Shown in pieces: positions 37,005 through 50,077 of a stretch of DNA of 52,408 bases. This DNA comes from Thelocarpon superellum (taxonomy: Eukaryota). The stretch's first letter is position 1. Each line of letters begins with the position of its first letter. The position numbers were made by a program, and so were the translations under genes. The stretch spans positions 1-52,408 of the forward strand of contig JAPEUG010000083.1 of NCBI GenBank assembly GCA_026025795.1, written 5' to 3'. The notes under the pieces were generated by a model. It did not search any database. It was not told the origin of the DNA and saw nothing but the letters and a program-made list of their open reading frames with translations.

Positions 37005-38345
37005 GCATCATGATATCCACCACCGAAACTGGAGTCGTGTGACCCGGGCCTGCCTCTGTCGAGAGGCACCCGGCCCAACGGTGACTGCTGACCGCGCACT
37101 GCTGTGCTGTGCACCTGCTGGGGGCTGTGCGGCGGCCGGGCGGGCGTCGCGTATCATGGACTTCATGGGACTTGAGAGGACTTGGGGTCGTCTTGCTATG
37201 CATGTGTCTGGAGTTGTACCAGTTGATTTATGCCTTTGTCATTCGCCATCCATCACCTTTCTAATCCTCCTCTCCCCTTCTGAGTGATTATAACTTTTTG
37301 CCTGTCTCCCGGGTCGATCCATTCTTTTGCCCGCAATGCCACCACTATGCCACCACTGTGCCATCTCCATGGCTCGTCCGTCGCAGCAGAATGCCGTCTC
37401 CTAGTTCCGGGGTGCATCACGACCGTCAATGCCATGAGTGAGCGTAGGGGTGATGTCAAACATGAGTTTCATAACTGCCAGCCGTTGACATTTCCACGGA
37501 AGATCTGCGGTGGATGCATGCGCGTCCTTGTCCGCGACACCACCGTCCGCGATGAGTCAGGAAAGCTTCGCCCACTCGCCGTCCAGTCACGGGCGAGGTG
37601 GCTGGTGGCCTTACGTAATCATGATGTTCAACTGCACGGACGTTGGATACGGGAATGTTAAACCCAACAACCGATGGAGCCCCCCCGGTCGATATTGGCA
37701 ACTTGGAGTACTTTGTATATGCATGAGAAATTCAATGGTGGTCCGTGGGGTACAACGCTTGCCATCTTTGGCAGATTGCTCTCTCATGACATGGATGTCA
37801 CCTGATCAACCCAACATGTCCGCCACGAGGCTGCTCGAGCTCGACATGGCGGGTACCGAGCGGTAAAGGTGGAGCTGGAGTCTGCTGCTCATTCACTCTC
37901 CAGCTTCGGATTGGCGTAGATCTTGACACTCCATTTGGTCTGTTTCCACGCAGATCTTCTACTTGCATCTCGTGAAAACGACATTTCCGTCTCCATCGAC
38001 CATGAAGGTCAACAACCTCTTCTCTCTCCTCACTCTTCGATATGCTCTGAGCAAGAACAACAAACACCGGTCAACCTGATCTCCTCGACTCATCAACCTC
38101 ACTTCTAGTGTATTGCCTCGAGGATAGCTTCTTGACTTATCATCGCGAGGTCACGGTCGCACATTCGTTCGCCTGATTGGTCATCTGAGGTAGGTCTCAT
38201 GTCCCACAGTCGCTCCTGGTCTCGTTGGCTAAGTTGCAACTTCCAGTCTGGCCATGGACCTTTCCACTGAAGAGACAGACTCTTCCGACTCCTCCGCCAT
38301 CCGTACCGTGATACTGGAAATCCAAATCCTCCCACGGGCAAAGCG

Positions 38346-39456
38346 GTGACTTCCATCACCGACGAAACATCGCCCCCGCCATCAGCCCACGCTGCCAGCC
38401 AACCTTCCGCGGTCGCCTTTGGAGTTATCGGGCGGAGCTACGTGGACAGCGGCGCTTCAAGCCCTTCTCTGACCCGACTCCCTTCCGAGATTCTTCTCTC
38501 GACCTGCCGGTTCCTGGATCATGCCAGCCTCAAGAGCTTACGACTGGCGAGCTGTCGGTTCCCTGACTTCGGGGCGGCCACTCTTTTCAAATCCCTCAAA
38601 TGCCGAAGAGGCGCGACCCGTCCTGACTTTGGAGCTTTGGATCGGATCATACACCATGTACAGGACGTCGCTCTCTGGTATTTTTACCCACATCTTAAAG
38701 TAGACCCATCTCCACAGGTCCCGTCTCGGGACCCGGTCGCAGGCTTCGTGATGTGCCGCCTTTGTTGCGGCTTTAGTAATCCATCGAGACGGTCCCAAAA
38801 AATCATATAGGCGACGTTCGTCCTCTTCACGCCCCCCAAACTTTGCAATCAAGCCGTTGAACCTTTCAACAACGATCTAAATTCCGTCCTTGGATGTGCA
38901 ATTCACGTCGAACGCCTGACAATCCAAACCTCTATCATCCTTTTATCATCGCGCCTCCGCCGCCTTGTATTCAAGACGATATTTCTTGAGGACTGGCGAA
39001 CGCGTACTTCACTCCAGCACCTGGACCTCGCGAAATTCATTGTCCACGAAGAGGAATTGACCGATATGGTCGCCTGCCTTCCAAGTCTACGCAATGTATC
39101 TTCGTGACTTCAAGATGAAGGGGCAGGGACCTGGATGGGTTTTAAAGTGCTCAAAGGTTCGAATCAAACCGAGATAGGTTGGTTCCCGGACGATCGGGTA
39201 TTCGGAGAAGACGCGTTGGAAGAGACGGAGGACGAGTTGGAAGAGGAGGACGATGGTTCCGATGAGCAAAGATGAAGTTTTAGAAGAGGAAGAGGAGGAG
39301 GCAGAGGATGCGTTGGAAGAGACGGAGGGATCAGATAGGGAAGGCGAAGGAAGCTCGTTCCGAGACCGACGCAGACCATCTATCGACGACAAGCGGAGAG
39401 ATTCCTTCTCGTACAGTGAGAACGCCACGGACCGGAAGCAATTGGACGCGGATTAG
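38346..39456 (+). pseudogene. Probable degenerate F-box/LRR-like gene with acidic tail
   Basis: F-box-like LTRLPSEILLSTCRFLDHASLKSLRLAS; downstream LRRLVF/LQHLDL/LPSLRNV segments; in-frame TGA at 39105-39107 and frame change in the acidic tail; no clear ATG. Confidence 0.55.
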
Positions 39457-39677
39457 GACCATGACCTGGGTCTTTCTTCCCCTGCCCCATTCTTCCCTCC
39501 CTCCCTCCCTCCCTCCCTCCCTCCCTCTTCTTCCCTCCCTCCCTCCCTTCCTCCCGTACTGGGTTCTAGAATCCTTCAAATAGATCGTGGGTCATCACAA
39601 CCCTGAATCTTGCATCCACCATGTACACTTTACGTTCGACTTCACCGTCGTAGACTTGCCAAGTTCGCCCGTCGACC

Positions 39678-41245
39678 CTACTCAAACGAATACCGCAACC
39701 ACTCCCCCACGGCCCTCAAGCTCTCCCACCTGACGGCTTCGTCCGCCTCGTCCGCCATGAGCGCCATGACGCGACTCTTCAGCCCCAGCCGTTCCAAGCG
39801 GCCCCTCTGCTCCGGCACCTCGCGCACCAGACACCCGACGTCATTGCACGCGATAGCGAGCACGTGCTTCTCGCCGTCCCATGGCTTCGACAGGATGGCG
39901 ACCAGGCGCTTGGGCAGATCGCTCTGCTCCTCGTCGATGATGCGTCGTGCGTTCTCGGCCCAGAAGATGGCGGACCGGTGCGGCGGCGACCAGTGCAGGT
40001 GGCCTGATCGCACCTCCGTCGCGTACTCGTCAAATGTCGTCTGCGTCTTGGTGTACTCGTCTAGCATGCCCGTGAGGTTGGTGAGGTCGTCGACTAGGTC
40101 TGGGTCCGTGAGATGTCGCCCTTGCAGGTTCTGCAGGATGCTGGGCAGTCGGGCCAGCGTCGCGGCCGGGAGGAGCGTGGTGCGGTTCGTCGAGAGGAGG
40201 TTGTAGACTGTGGATACCAGAAGACGCGTCGTTTTTTCTTTGGGTGAGAGTCGCAGCAACTGCGTGTACAGGGGGATGATCTCGTAGTCTCTATGTAGGG
40301 TTAGCAAGGCGGGACAATAGGAGAGGCGATGGCGAGAGGACGTAGGAGGGAAAGTACCTTTCCAGTCCGTCCCCGACCAATTCGCCCTCGAAGCTGAGTT
40401 GCCACATCACCAGCAGAACGTGATAGAGCAGCTGGAGGCCCACGCCCCCGCTGATGCCGACTTCTGTCGCACCTCGGATGCTCGATGCTCCGCTCCACAA
40501 GGTCGACTCCTCCCCGTTCTTCGTCACGCCCGCTGCTGCGCGGAGGATACTGATCATCGGACCGACCGTCTCGCTTTTCTGCCTCCAGAATAAGCCTCTG
40601 GATTCTTTCGATCTTAGCACCGCTGAGTATTCTTGGACCGCAATGTCCTGGAGCCCGCTGTCTGACCGGTCCGACAGCATCGACAGGTAGGAGTAGAGGT
40701 TCGGGAGCGTCTTGTACGTGGCTGGGAGCGCCTTGGATGTGGTGACGAGCGCACTCGAGATCAGACTCGCCAGAACCGAGGACGTGAGTTGTGGGATCGG
40801 GTCCTCCGGGTTGGAGGACTGCGTTAAGAGGTGCGCGAATGGCCGGTACGGGTGCGGATGGGCGAGCAGAGCCGCCGTCAGCTGTGGAATATCTATCCGC
40901 CGTTAGTCTCGGATTCAAGTCCTGGAAGATATGTCAAGGCAGAGCCACACCATCTATCAGGTCGCCCGCCAGGACGAGAATATATTGAACGACGTCGCCG
41001 CGTTTACCGGCCGATTCCAATACACTTGGACTCTGCTCATCTCCCAATAGCAATACTCGAAAGGAATCTACATCCGCGAGGACGGTCTGCTTGCGTTGCT
41101 CCCGTCGCACCTTGTCGATGGACTTGATCTTTGTCAGGTCGCCCTCGGTGATGTGTCCCGCCCGCACCGCACCCTCCCATGGGATCGGTCGCGCACGGAT
41201 GTTGTTCTGGAGAGAAGACAGGTAGGTTGGCGGATCTAGAGACAT
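39678..41245 (-). CDS. VMA13: V-type H+-ATPase V1 subunit H
   Basis: MSLDPPTYLSSLQNNIRARPIPWEG, GLQLLYHVLLVMWQLSFE, KEKTTRL, FDEYATEVRSGHLHWSPPHR..FWAEN, LAIACNDVG; two introns. Confidence 0.95.
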
Positions 41246-41671
41246 GGCGAGGGATGAGGTGAGGACCACTCGATCGTGAGCTGCCCGGCCGACAACGAAG
41301 CACCTGGGCCTCTATGGTCACCTGGGCTCTCGACCGAACGGTACTCGTACGGGGACCGTATGTCGAGGTGATGCTACGGGCGCTAGCGTCTTAGGCGCAG
41401 CATACGAGGATTCGTACTGCTCCATCGGAGCTTCTCGCTTGCTCTTCCTGGTCTCGCTTCCAGTTACTTGGTATACTATGTGGACAGTCGCGGAGGGACC
41501 CCAAGATATTTCTCCCTGCCTTCATGACACCATGCGTTGCATCCTGTCCCAGGCGTCTGCTCATCATATTCTAGCACAATGACGAACATTGGTTTCTCGG
41601 CATTCTCCTGCAAAGCTCCACCCGAGGTCGGTCCGCATGGAAACGCTCCGTTAGCTGGCTGCAAATTCCTC

Positions 41672-44213
41672 CTAAGCCTTCAACCGCTTCTCCTCGCACT
41701 TGACGCAGACGGGAGTCTCCTCGTGGCCTCGCAAGAAGTATCGTCCGTCGTCAAAGTCCCCGCCACACTCCTGACACGCAATCAGCCGGGCCACGTACGC
41801 GGACCGGGACAGACTCACCAGGCAACGGAAGCATTCGACGTGCCACTCAGCGGCCAGGGCCATCACAACCTGATCGGTTACCGGCTTTCGGCACTTCTTG
41901 CACTTGGTGGAATAACGGTTCGTGTGGCAGGTGATGCACCATGCATATCCATCCTTCTCAACAAAAGGAGTCACGGCGTCAAACGGCTGGTCGGGCAGTC
42001 AGCAAGCATCCGGCTGCACCGAGTAGGTCAATGGGCGTACTCACATCGCCGCACTCGGCGCAGAAGAAATGGCCTGCATGCCACTCTCCTCCGCACGCCA
42101 CAATGACCTCGCCCTCAATGGGTGTCTTGCAGCTCCGGCACCTGGGACTGTACAGCTCGTGGAAGTCTAAATGGCAGTAGAACCGAAGTCCATCGTGCCC
42201 GTCTTCGGCCTCCGTTTGCCCATCTGCCTCGTCGACAGGCTCGCCATGTGCTCGCGCCTGGATGCGATCGACTCGCTCCGCGCGGCTGTTTTCGGGCTCT
42301 GGGTAGAACGCGACGCACTCGAGACCTTCCCCGCACTTGAAACAGATGAAGCACTCGGGATGGAAGCGCACTCCTGCCGCACTAACGATCCGGCCCGCGA
42401 TCGGCAGCTGGCATTGAGTGCACGACGCCGTAGGACGTGGTGCCGCCCGTGTAAACTGGGACGAAGTCGTCGATGCAGGGGCCGTGGCGAAGTGATGAGG
42501 AGGCGGTCGGGCGAAGGGGTTATTTCGGCTGCGTGGCGGACCAGACTCCGATGTTGCCTTGGGTTCATTGATGGTTGGAATTGCTGGTGGTCTCATGTGC
42601 GATGGTGGGTCCTCAGGAAGATTGATCGCAGGCACTGGCGGATCCTCAGGGAGGTTGATCGTGGGCACAGGCGGCCGGTTCAGAGCGCTGTCCTCAGAAT
42701 GAGGCAGGGTGGACCGCTTCTCGGGAGCCCTGCGTCTTGAGGAGTTCATCGGATTTTTAGCATTCGGTACCGAAGCTGTAGAACCTCGGTGCGGTACCCG
42801 GACGCTGGTGGCTTGCCGAAGGTCGTCGCCACGAACTTCCATCCGCTCCGCTCCCGCGCCCTCCCTGCCACTCCTTGCCGATCGCAAGTCAGCGCCTTCA
42901 TCCGTCACGGCGGCTGGAGGTGCATTAGCCACATCTTGTGGCCGTCGAGACTGTTTCTGAGCCTGCGCATGAGCTGTGGATGGGCCAGAACGAGCGGATG
43001 GCTGCCTGATGCTCGAAGGAGCATCTTGAGTCCGGCGGCTTCGGTCGAAAGGACTCCGTGAAGCGCCCGGAGCGGGTCGCGGCACCGCTCGTCCCTCTGA
43101 GAGATTTGTAGCCTCAAGGTCTAGGTCTTCATCGGGCTCCTCGTAGATCTGATCCTCGGGGTTCCGGAAGAGCCCCTTGGTACTGTTGCTGCTGACATTC
43201 CGAGACCTGGGTCCGCTACTTTGTCTGGGCCTGGCGGCGGGAGCCAGGACCGGCGGATTGGTCAAACTGAGGTAGGCCTTCTTCTGCGGCGAATCCCATA
43301 GCTGATGAGCCTTGCTCACTGCATCAAACGCAGCTGCTCGTGCCTCGCGTGACGGATCAGAGGTCCACTCCGTGGGGCTCTGGGGCTTGATCGGCAGGAT
43401 CTCGTCGTGGAAGACATCACCATCTCGCACAATCTCACTCGGCAGATTCTCTGCGTCTTCATGTGGAGGGACGTAGTCGTGGGCGGGGCGCACATCCGGA
43501 GCGGCACTCTGGCTTCGGCCGTGATGCGTTGACTTCGGCTGCGCTCGGTGAAACAACGGCGCGGGGACAGCCTGCGGCGCACCAGGATTCTGATGCCGCC
43601 ACATCAGATCTGCAGCCTGTTCTTGCGCGCTGATGTGAAGCTGTTGCATATCGAGATCATGAAGCGCTTCGCGAATGGCCCGGACCTCCTCTTTCTCCCG
43701 CCGGCGTTGCTCATTCTCCACGTACATTGCCCGGAGCGTTCCACTGGAGGTTCGGGATGTGGCCGAGACGTTCCTCGAACCGATCCTTCGGTGTGGTCGA
43801 GATGAAATCGAGACGCCGCCGATCGAGGGTGCGTAGGAATGTCCAGACATGGCCGAGTGGGTTCGGCGGTGGATGATTGGATTGAGATTCTCCATCAGCG
43901 GGGCGGGATCCCCCGCGTCATGTCCGGCAGGAGCTTGTTGAAGGGTGACATTCGTGCGCGACGGTACGGCGAAGTTGGCCGGGGTGATAGGCGAAACATT
44001 TCGACCCGCCGGGGCTCTGAACTCCTCAGGGCGGGGAGGTTGGTAGGAACGCAAGTCGGACAGATAGTTCGCTGGACCCGGCTCGTATCAGCTCCCGAGC
44101 TAGGTGTCTCTGTGGTCGCTGCGAGACTCACCGACTTGCTCCTTGGTCATGTAGGAAGAATGGGGGCCATGGTGCTTGAGACTCGAGTCTCTGCTCTTTG
44201 CTCGGTGAAGCAT
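41672..44213 (-). CDS. LIM-domain protein (three C-terminal LIM domains, long disordered N-terminus)
   Basis: SYMTKEQV|ANYLSDLR; CTQC..FHPECFICFKC, CRSC..WHAGHFFCAEC, CKKC..WHVECFRC..CVKC; introns near 44070-44130, 41980-42043, 41775-41818. Confidence 0.9.
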
Positions 44214-44920
44214 GGCGAAAGGAAGGCCCCAAGGTGGGAAGTCTCGATGGGAAGATGGGTAGCAGGGAAGAGTCTGGGAGCGAAGGAAACCACGGCGAGG
44301 GTGGAGACGGGGACCTTGCACGGAGGGACAAACGCGTGCTGGTTAGGCTGCTGATGCCTACATCTGGCGTAGCTGTATCCACAACTTGGTGGGGTGTGTG
44401 ACCTTCTCGTTCGAGAGATTGTTGATCTGCCGTTGCACGGGGCAACCAGCACGCCGCACGGTGACGCCACACAGCAGGCGACCTTCCACGAACCACCCTG
44501 TGCCCCGCTGTCTACCATCCGAGCCCCGTTTACTCCATGGCAACATGCAAAGCTCTAGTGAACTTTCAGTTGTTGTCAAGGCACCTGACTGATTACATTT
44601 TCGTGTAGAAGATTTGTACTAGAAAAGTGACGATACACCCAAGTGTGGGTCATTGTTGGTGAAGAGCGTATACCGTGACGTAAGCGAACTTGGGGTGCAG
44701 CACTTTTTGCCTACAGGTGGGAGCGAATGTGAAAAGCACAGGACAGGTTCAGGCTGCTCGTCAAGCGTTTCCATTGGTTGGACACATGTCCTCAATGCAA
44801 GCCCTCCGTAACACTGTGGCTCGGCTCATGAATGACTGTTGGGGCAACAGACAACAACTGCAGCTGCACGGGCACGGCTGTCTACTGCAGGCCCAGCAAG
44901 GCACGATTTCGGCCTTGGAT

Positions 44921-45709
44921 CTACTTCGGGTATGGCTTCCCGAAGATCGACTCGTAGATGGCCTCTCCGACTCCCGTCGCGCTTTGCGGGTTCTGGCCGG
45001 TGATGAGACGCTTGTCATCGGATACAACCACCTTGGCCGTCCAAGGTGCTCCTTTCACGTACTTCCCTCCGCTCTTCTTCTCAAGCTCGTCCTCGAGCAG
45101 GAACGGCATCAGACTCGTGACGCCACCTTGCTCCTCTTCCTCGTTGGTGAAGCCGGCGACGGGTTGGTTGGCAATAAGGTACGACCCATCCGCCACCTTC
45201 AGGTTGAGCAGCGCCGCTGGACCGTGGCAGACGGCAGAGACGATCAAGCCAGATTCATAGAATTCTTCCGCCAATGCGATGGAATCGGCATCCGTGACCA
45301 GATCGAACATGGCTACAGCAACGGTCGTGTCAGCCGTGGCAAAGGGAGACGAGAGAAGAAAGACTCAGGGATGTGACAACGTACGTCCGTGGCCGCCAAC
45401 GAAGAAGATGGCAGCATACTCCTTAGCATGGTGGAGAAGCGACTTGATCGTCACCGTCTTCTTCCACAGGTCGGACTGGTTGTTCAAAAAGTCGGTGGAG
45501 ACCTTGTCTTCCTTGAAGGCCTGGACCGAGCCCGGATCCAGAGGCGCTTCCCCACCCGTCGGTGAGGCGACAGTGATATCGGTGTACGGGTGCAGGACAT
45601 GCCATGGGTGCGCGAATTCCGGAAGATACCATCCCGTCGGCTTGTCGCTATTTCCCAGCTTGCTGTGGGAGGTGAGAATGAAAAGAACCTTGGGCTTTTG
45701 GGTCGACAT
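44921..45709 (-). CDS. HSP31: DJ-1/PfpI family, Hsp31-like glutathione-independent glyoxalase
   Basis: KVLFILTSH..TGWYLPEFAHP, FFVGGHG|PMFDL, catalytic AVCHGPAAL, GFTNEEE, LITGQNPQSA; one intron. Confidence 0.92.
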
Positions 45710-47501
45710 GGTGAGAGGATCGTTGATTGAGGATTTCCAAGTAAGAGACGGTTGATTGATGTTCAAGAGCGCGTGAAATGATGTCGAACGAAAGGATGCG
45801 GAGGACGAGGTTTTTATCCATTGCGCGACCATGACGTCTGAGCGGACCCCACCATCCGAAAAACACCGTAGCTCCCGCAGCGGAGCCGAGGTACCCGCGT
45901 CGGCGCAACTTCGTCCGTCGATTGATCAGCATTTTCGATCATTGGAGACGATTTCTTACCAACATCAAGTCTAAAGAGAGAATCTTACGAGAGGCACGGT
46001 CCCAGCGAACGTTGGAGATTATCGTGGAAAAGTATCGGAAGCAATCAAGCATTAATCTCCTCAATTGGGAGACGCGTCCATCGACACACTGCAACAGCGG
46101 CCAACGCTGCTCGCTACGCACTGTAATGGTACGCGTACGGGCGTGGATGGGCGGACGGATTTGACGGACTTTTCGCTTCCAATGGGCGTAACGCAAGTCC
46201 TCTGTAGCATTTAACTCCGATGCATCCATCACACCCGTGATTGGGCGCCATATGCTTACCAAGGCTACCTGAAGGGCTACGGCTCGGGGAGGAATGGGCG
46301 GCTTTCCGAAGCCCAGCTTCGACCACGCCACGATCCGAAGCCTGGCTCCCGGTGCATGGAAGAATTTCAGTCTCCTGGGATCGGGAGGAGTCTATGTCCT
46401 CGTGGCTTAAAATTCTTTACTTCGTACTCGTGTCGTGGTTTGGAATGAGCATTCTTTGAGTCGGCAGAAAACCCACCCAGTCTTGGAGTTGGTCGCGGGG
46501 GAAAGCAGCTATATAGCGACTGCATCGTCCTCACCGCCATGAGCAAGGGAAGACGATTCTCACCGCCGCCCCACCACCCACGGCGCGATCCCCGCCAAGT
46601 TCCGAGGGCCGGCAGTCGTGCCTGAGAAACAGTCGGCCGCCGACCCAGCGCCGCAGATGATGAGCCGACGAGGGTATCTACCAATCCAAAGAGATTCCTC
46701 TGAATGCGGCTCCTCTCCCCGGGTACTTATGCGCCAGGATCCTCAGGTGCAGTGGGGCTGCGCGACGCAGACCATGGGCGCCGTGCAGAGGAGAGGCCCA
46801 GGAAGTTTTCTCGCTTGTGGTCGATGCCGACCGGGGCTCGTCAAGACCATCACCCGAACAACCAGCCTTCAGGTTTTCCCCGTGGCCGAAGCAACGCTAG
46901 CCCCAGATGGGCTGCCGTACCCCACCTTGACCGTAGCGACGTTAACCCATGGACACTTGGACCAGGGAACCCGGGCGCTAGTGCGCTGTCCAACCATCCC
47001 ATTATTCTCGTGCTTACCGGAGAAAGGGTAGTCACTCGAGGCACCAACCTCGTCCACCACATGTACAGCCTCCCCAAATTTCGAATCTACACCGTCTTGG
47101 CCAGCTTCATCTCCCAAGGCTGTGGCTGGGAGGAGGCTGGAAGACCAATTTGAGCCGAATAGAAACCCACCACCTGCATTCCCAAGCCTCCGCTTCGCAT
47201 CATCCAACCTCAACCGCTCCGTTGCTCCATTGCTCCGCACCGGCATTGGCGCTTGCTTGGAGATCCCCTCGTCCATCACCAGATTTGGACGAGCATCATC
47301 GTGCCCTCGACCAAAGCAGCATCGCCACCGGATGCTGTCGACCCTCGGAGTGGACTGCTTCACCTGTGTATGAGGTGGACCGCCAGCATCTGCTGAGTTG
47401 GGGACCAACGTCCCGACACGACATACCGTCGTCGAGCTTCACCATCTCTCACCTTCCGACGACGACGACGACGACGACGACAACCAACATCGACCAACAC
47501 C

Positions 47502-48739
47502 ATGCAGCGCTCCCAATCGCCTCCACGACTACTGTCGCTCTTCGTCGCACTTCTCTCGACGCTGCCGTCAGGCCGAGCGACGCCATTGGCGAGCAACGTG
47601 CCCTTCGTCGAGATCGCCAACGCCATCTTCGTGCAAAAACGATGCGCGAATCCCTGCGGGTGGTCCGGACAACTTTGTTGCGGAGCGAATCAGCAATGCT
47701 TCACTGACGCCGCCGGGCAGGCTCAGTGTGGGACCAGCGCCGAGGGGACAGTGGCAGCCATAGCCAGCAATGGAGGTGGACAGTGGCAATATTACACCAC
47801 CACCTACGTCGAGACCGACGCTGTGACGCGGACGTCGACGTACAGCTCCTTCGTCGGTGGCGGTGCCACGGCCGCGGCGGCCTCACCAACTACCTGGGCA
47901 CCCGCGGCGACGAGTGCCGCCGCGCAGTGTCAGGCGGGCAACATCCCATGCGGCGGCATCTGCTGTGCCGGCGGCCAATACTGCGCCTCAGCCGGGCAGT
48001 GTGCGGCGGCCAGCGGCGACTTCAGCTCGTCGGCGTATAGCAGCTATCTCGCCACGACTTCGCAGACCTTTTCGGCGCCGGTAAGACCGACGAGCGGGTC
48101 GACGAGTACGACGACGGCGACAAGCACATCCACCGAGGGCGGGACGATGACGAGCGGACCGACCATCTCGCCCATCGGCACCGCCGGCGGGATCGTCACC
48201 AGCACGGGCGTGATGACCAACAACGGGGGCCTCAGCGGGGGCGCCATTGCGGGCATTGTCATCGGTACCATCTTCGGCGTCGCCCTCCTGCTCGTCCTTT
48301 GCTGCTTCGGCTTCGGCGTGGCTGGTGTTCGCACCATCTTCGGCGGGCGGAAGACTCGACGAGAAACGACATACATCCGCAACAGTCGGCACTCCCACTC
48401 CAATTCCGGAGGAAGGCGTACGACGTGGTTTGGACAAACGACTGGATCGCCTCGACCAGTCATTCGCGAGAAGAAGACGTTCGGTGGCTTCGGCCCGATC
48501 CTCGCAGGACTCGGAGGACTTGCACTGCTCCTGGGCCTCAAACGACGACACGATCGAAATAAGCGGCAGGACTATGAGAGTGAGAGTGATTACTCGTACT
48601 ACGACACCAGCACAAGTGAGCCAAGGCTTCCCTCACACTTTCCGTCGCGTGACTGACCATTCCTCCAGGCAGCGCAAGCACCGATCCACGATCGCGGAGC
48701 TCGAGACCGTCGAGACCAGGCGATCGACTTCGACGGTAA
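47502..48739 (+). CDS. Type I membrane protein: signal peptide, Cys-rich modules, Ser/Thr stalk, TM helix, basic cytoplasmic tail (Mid2/Wsc-like topology)
   Basis: KRCANPCGWSGQLCC, CGGICCAGGQYC, GLSGGAIAGIVIGTIFGVALLLVLCC; intron 48616-48668. Confidence 0.85.
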
Positions 48740-49309
48740 CGACGGATGACGATCCCGTCTGCGTCATGTCGAATTCGATACTTCTCTCTATCTTGCTGCA
48801 TTCATGAGCCAAGCGAGGCTCCGCGGCGTTAAACAGCGATGATTGTTGAACGGGTGGTTGACTGGGTCATGAAAAGCCGTCGCTTGATAGCATGGCACCG
48901 TATGGCATCGCATGGGCAATGGGCGATGTATCGAGACGGTTCCGAGGGGACGCACAATGTACATAGTAGAGGGTAGACACACCACTCCCTAATGGACGAA
49001 CCAGGTGCGGAGAATAGAGACACGCAAGTGCTGGATAGTAATGTCTACCCAATATTACGGCTCCTCATTCATCCACATGGCTAGTGCTTCAACGCAATAC
49101 AAGTCGCTCGCAGTCAACGCTGACTAAGACGCACAACGTAGCGAACCAGCGAAACGGTAGCCGACTCTTCCACCCACGCTCCGCTCGCTCTGGCTGCACC
49201 GAGTGCCATCAATCAGAATATCGAGGAGACTCCAGCGTCCCGTCCATCATCACCCTCTCCATCTCCTCGACAGTTCGCCGTCATCATCACCACCACCACC
49301 GCCGCCGCA

Positions 49310-49819
49310 ATGCGGACCGCATCCGCGCTTTCCTCGTCCTCCGCGGCCCTAGCCCGTCTCTCTCACACACGAGCGCGACCAAGTCCTGCCCTCTACCTCG
49401 CGTCCCCCATCTCCCTCTCCTCCCTCTCCTCCCGACATTTCTCCTCTACCCGGCCTCAATTAGCAGAGGACCCCCACGCGGCCGCCGGAGACTCACCCTA
49501 CGAACCGCCGAGCGGATGGCTCTGGGGGGTGCCGCCGGGTGAGAAGTACAAGAAGGAGGGCTGGGAGGATATCTGGTTCTATGGCTTCTTTGGCAGCTTG
49601 GGGCTGGGCGTGGTGGCGTATATTTTTAAGCCCGATACGGCGTGAGTTTGTCTTTCTTTTCGTCCCCATTCTCCCGGGGTGTGGGCGTCATTGGAAAGAG
49701 ACCCAGCTTGCTGATGTTGCGGATCGTGGTGCAGCATTCAGACTTGGGCTCTGGAAGAGGCCAGACGCAGGTTGGAAAAGGAGGGTATCCTCGAAGATCC
49801 ACGCCCGGACATACAATAG
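49310..49819 (+). CDS. NDUFB11: NADH:ubiquinone oxidoreductase ESSS subunit
   Basis: Mitochondrial presequence; YEPPSGWLWGVPPGEKYKKEGWE..AYIFKPDT|AIQTWALEEARRRLEKEG; intron 49642-49734. Confidence 0.92.
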
Positions 49820-50077
49820 AGTGGTGGGGAGAATGAGAGGGGAGAAGTTGTCGGGGATAGCGGAGATGGATCTTGATGGGGCAGGCGGGAGGGATTGGAG
49901 GCATCTACAGGTTGCATTGCGTGTCTAGCTACTTCATCCTTCGATTCTGTCTAGAGCGACGATGGGCATCTTCTGTTGGCAGGTCTCTTCCTCGGACCAG
50001 AAATAGAGGGCGAGATGCAAGGTTATATCTGGTGTTGTCGATGGACGACTCCTTACAAAGTCACTGGTCTAATCCAA

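Noticed and set aside
37630..37665. VGYGNVKP resembling a K+ channel selectivity filter in ORF 37510-37866
   Set aside because: Lacks the TT before VGYG and has no flanking transmembrane helices
39156..39165. GGTTCGAATC tRNA B-box-like sequence
   Set aside because: No A-box or cloverleaf around it
32957..45709. Cyanamide hydratase plus Hsp31 as a detoxification cluster
   Set aside because: 11 kb apart with unrelated housekeeping genes between; no shared regulator or motif seen
45922..47400. Short ORFs between HSP31 and the membrane-protein gene
   Set aside because: No recognisable domains or consistent splice structure; likely divergent promoter DNA
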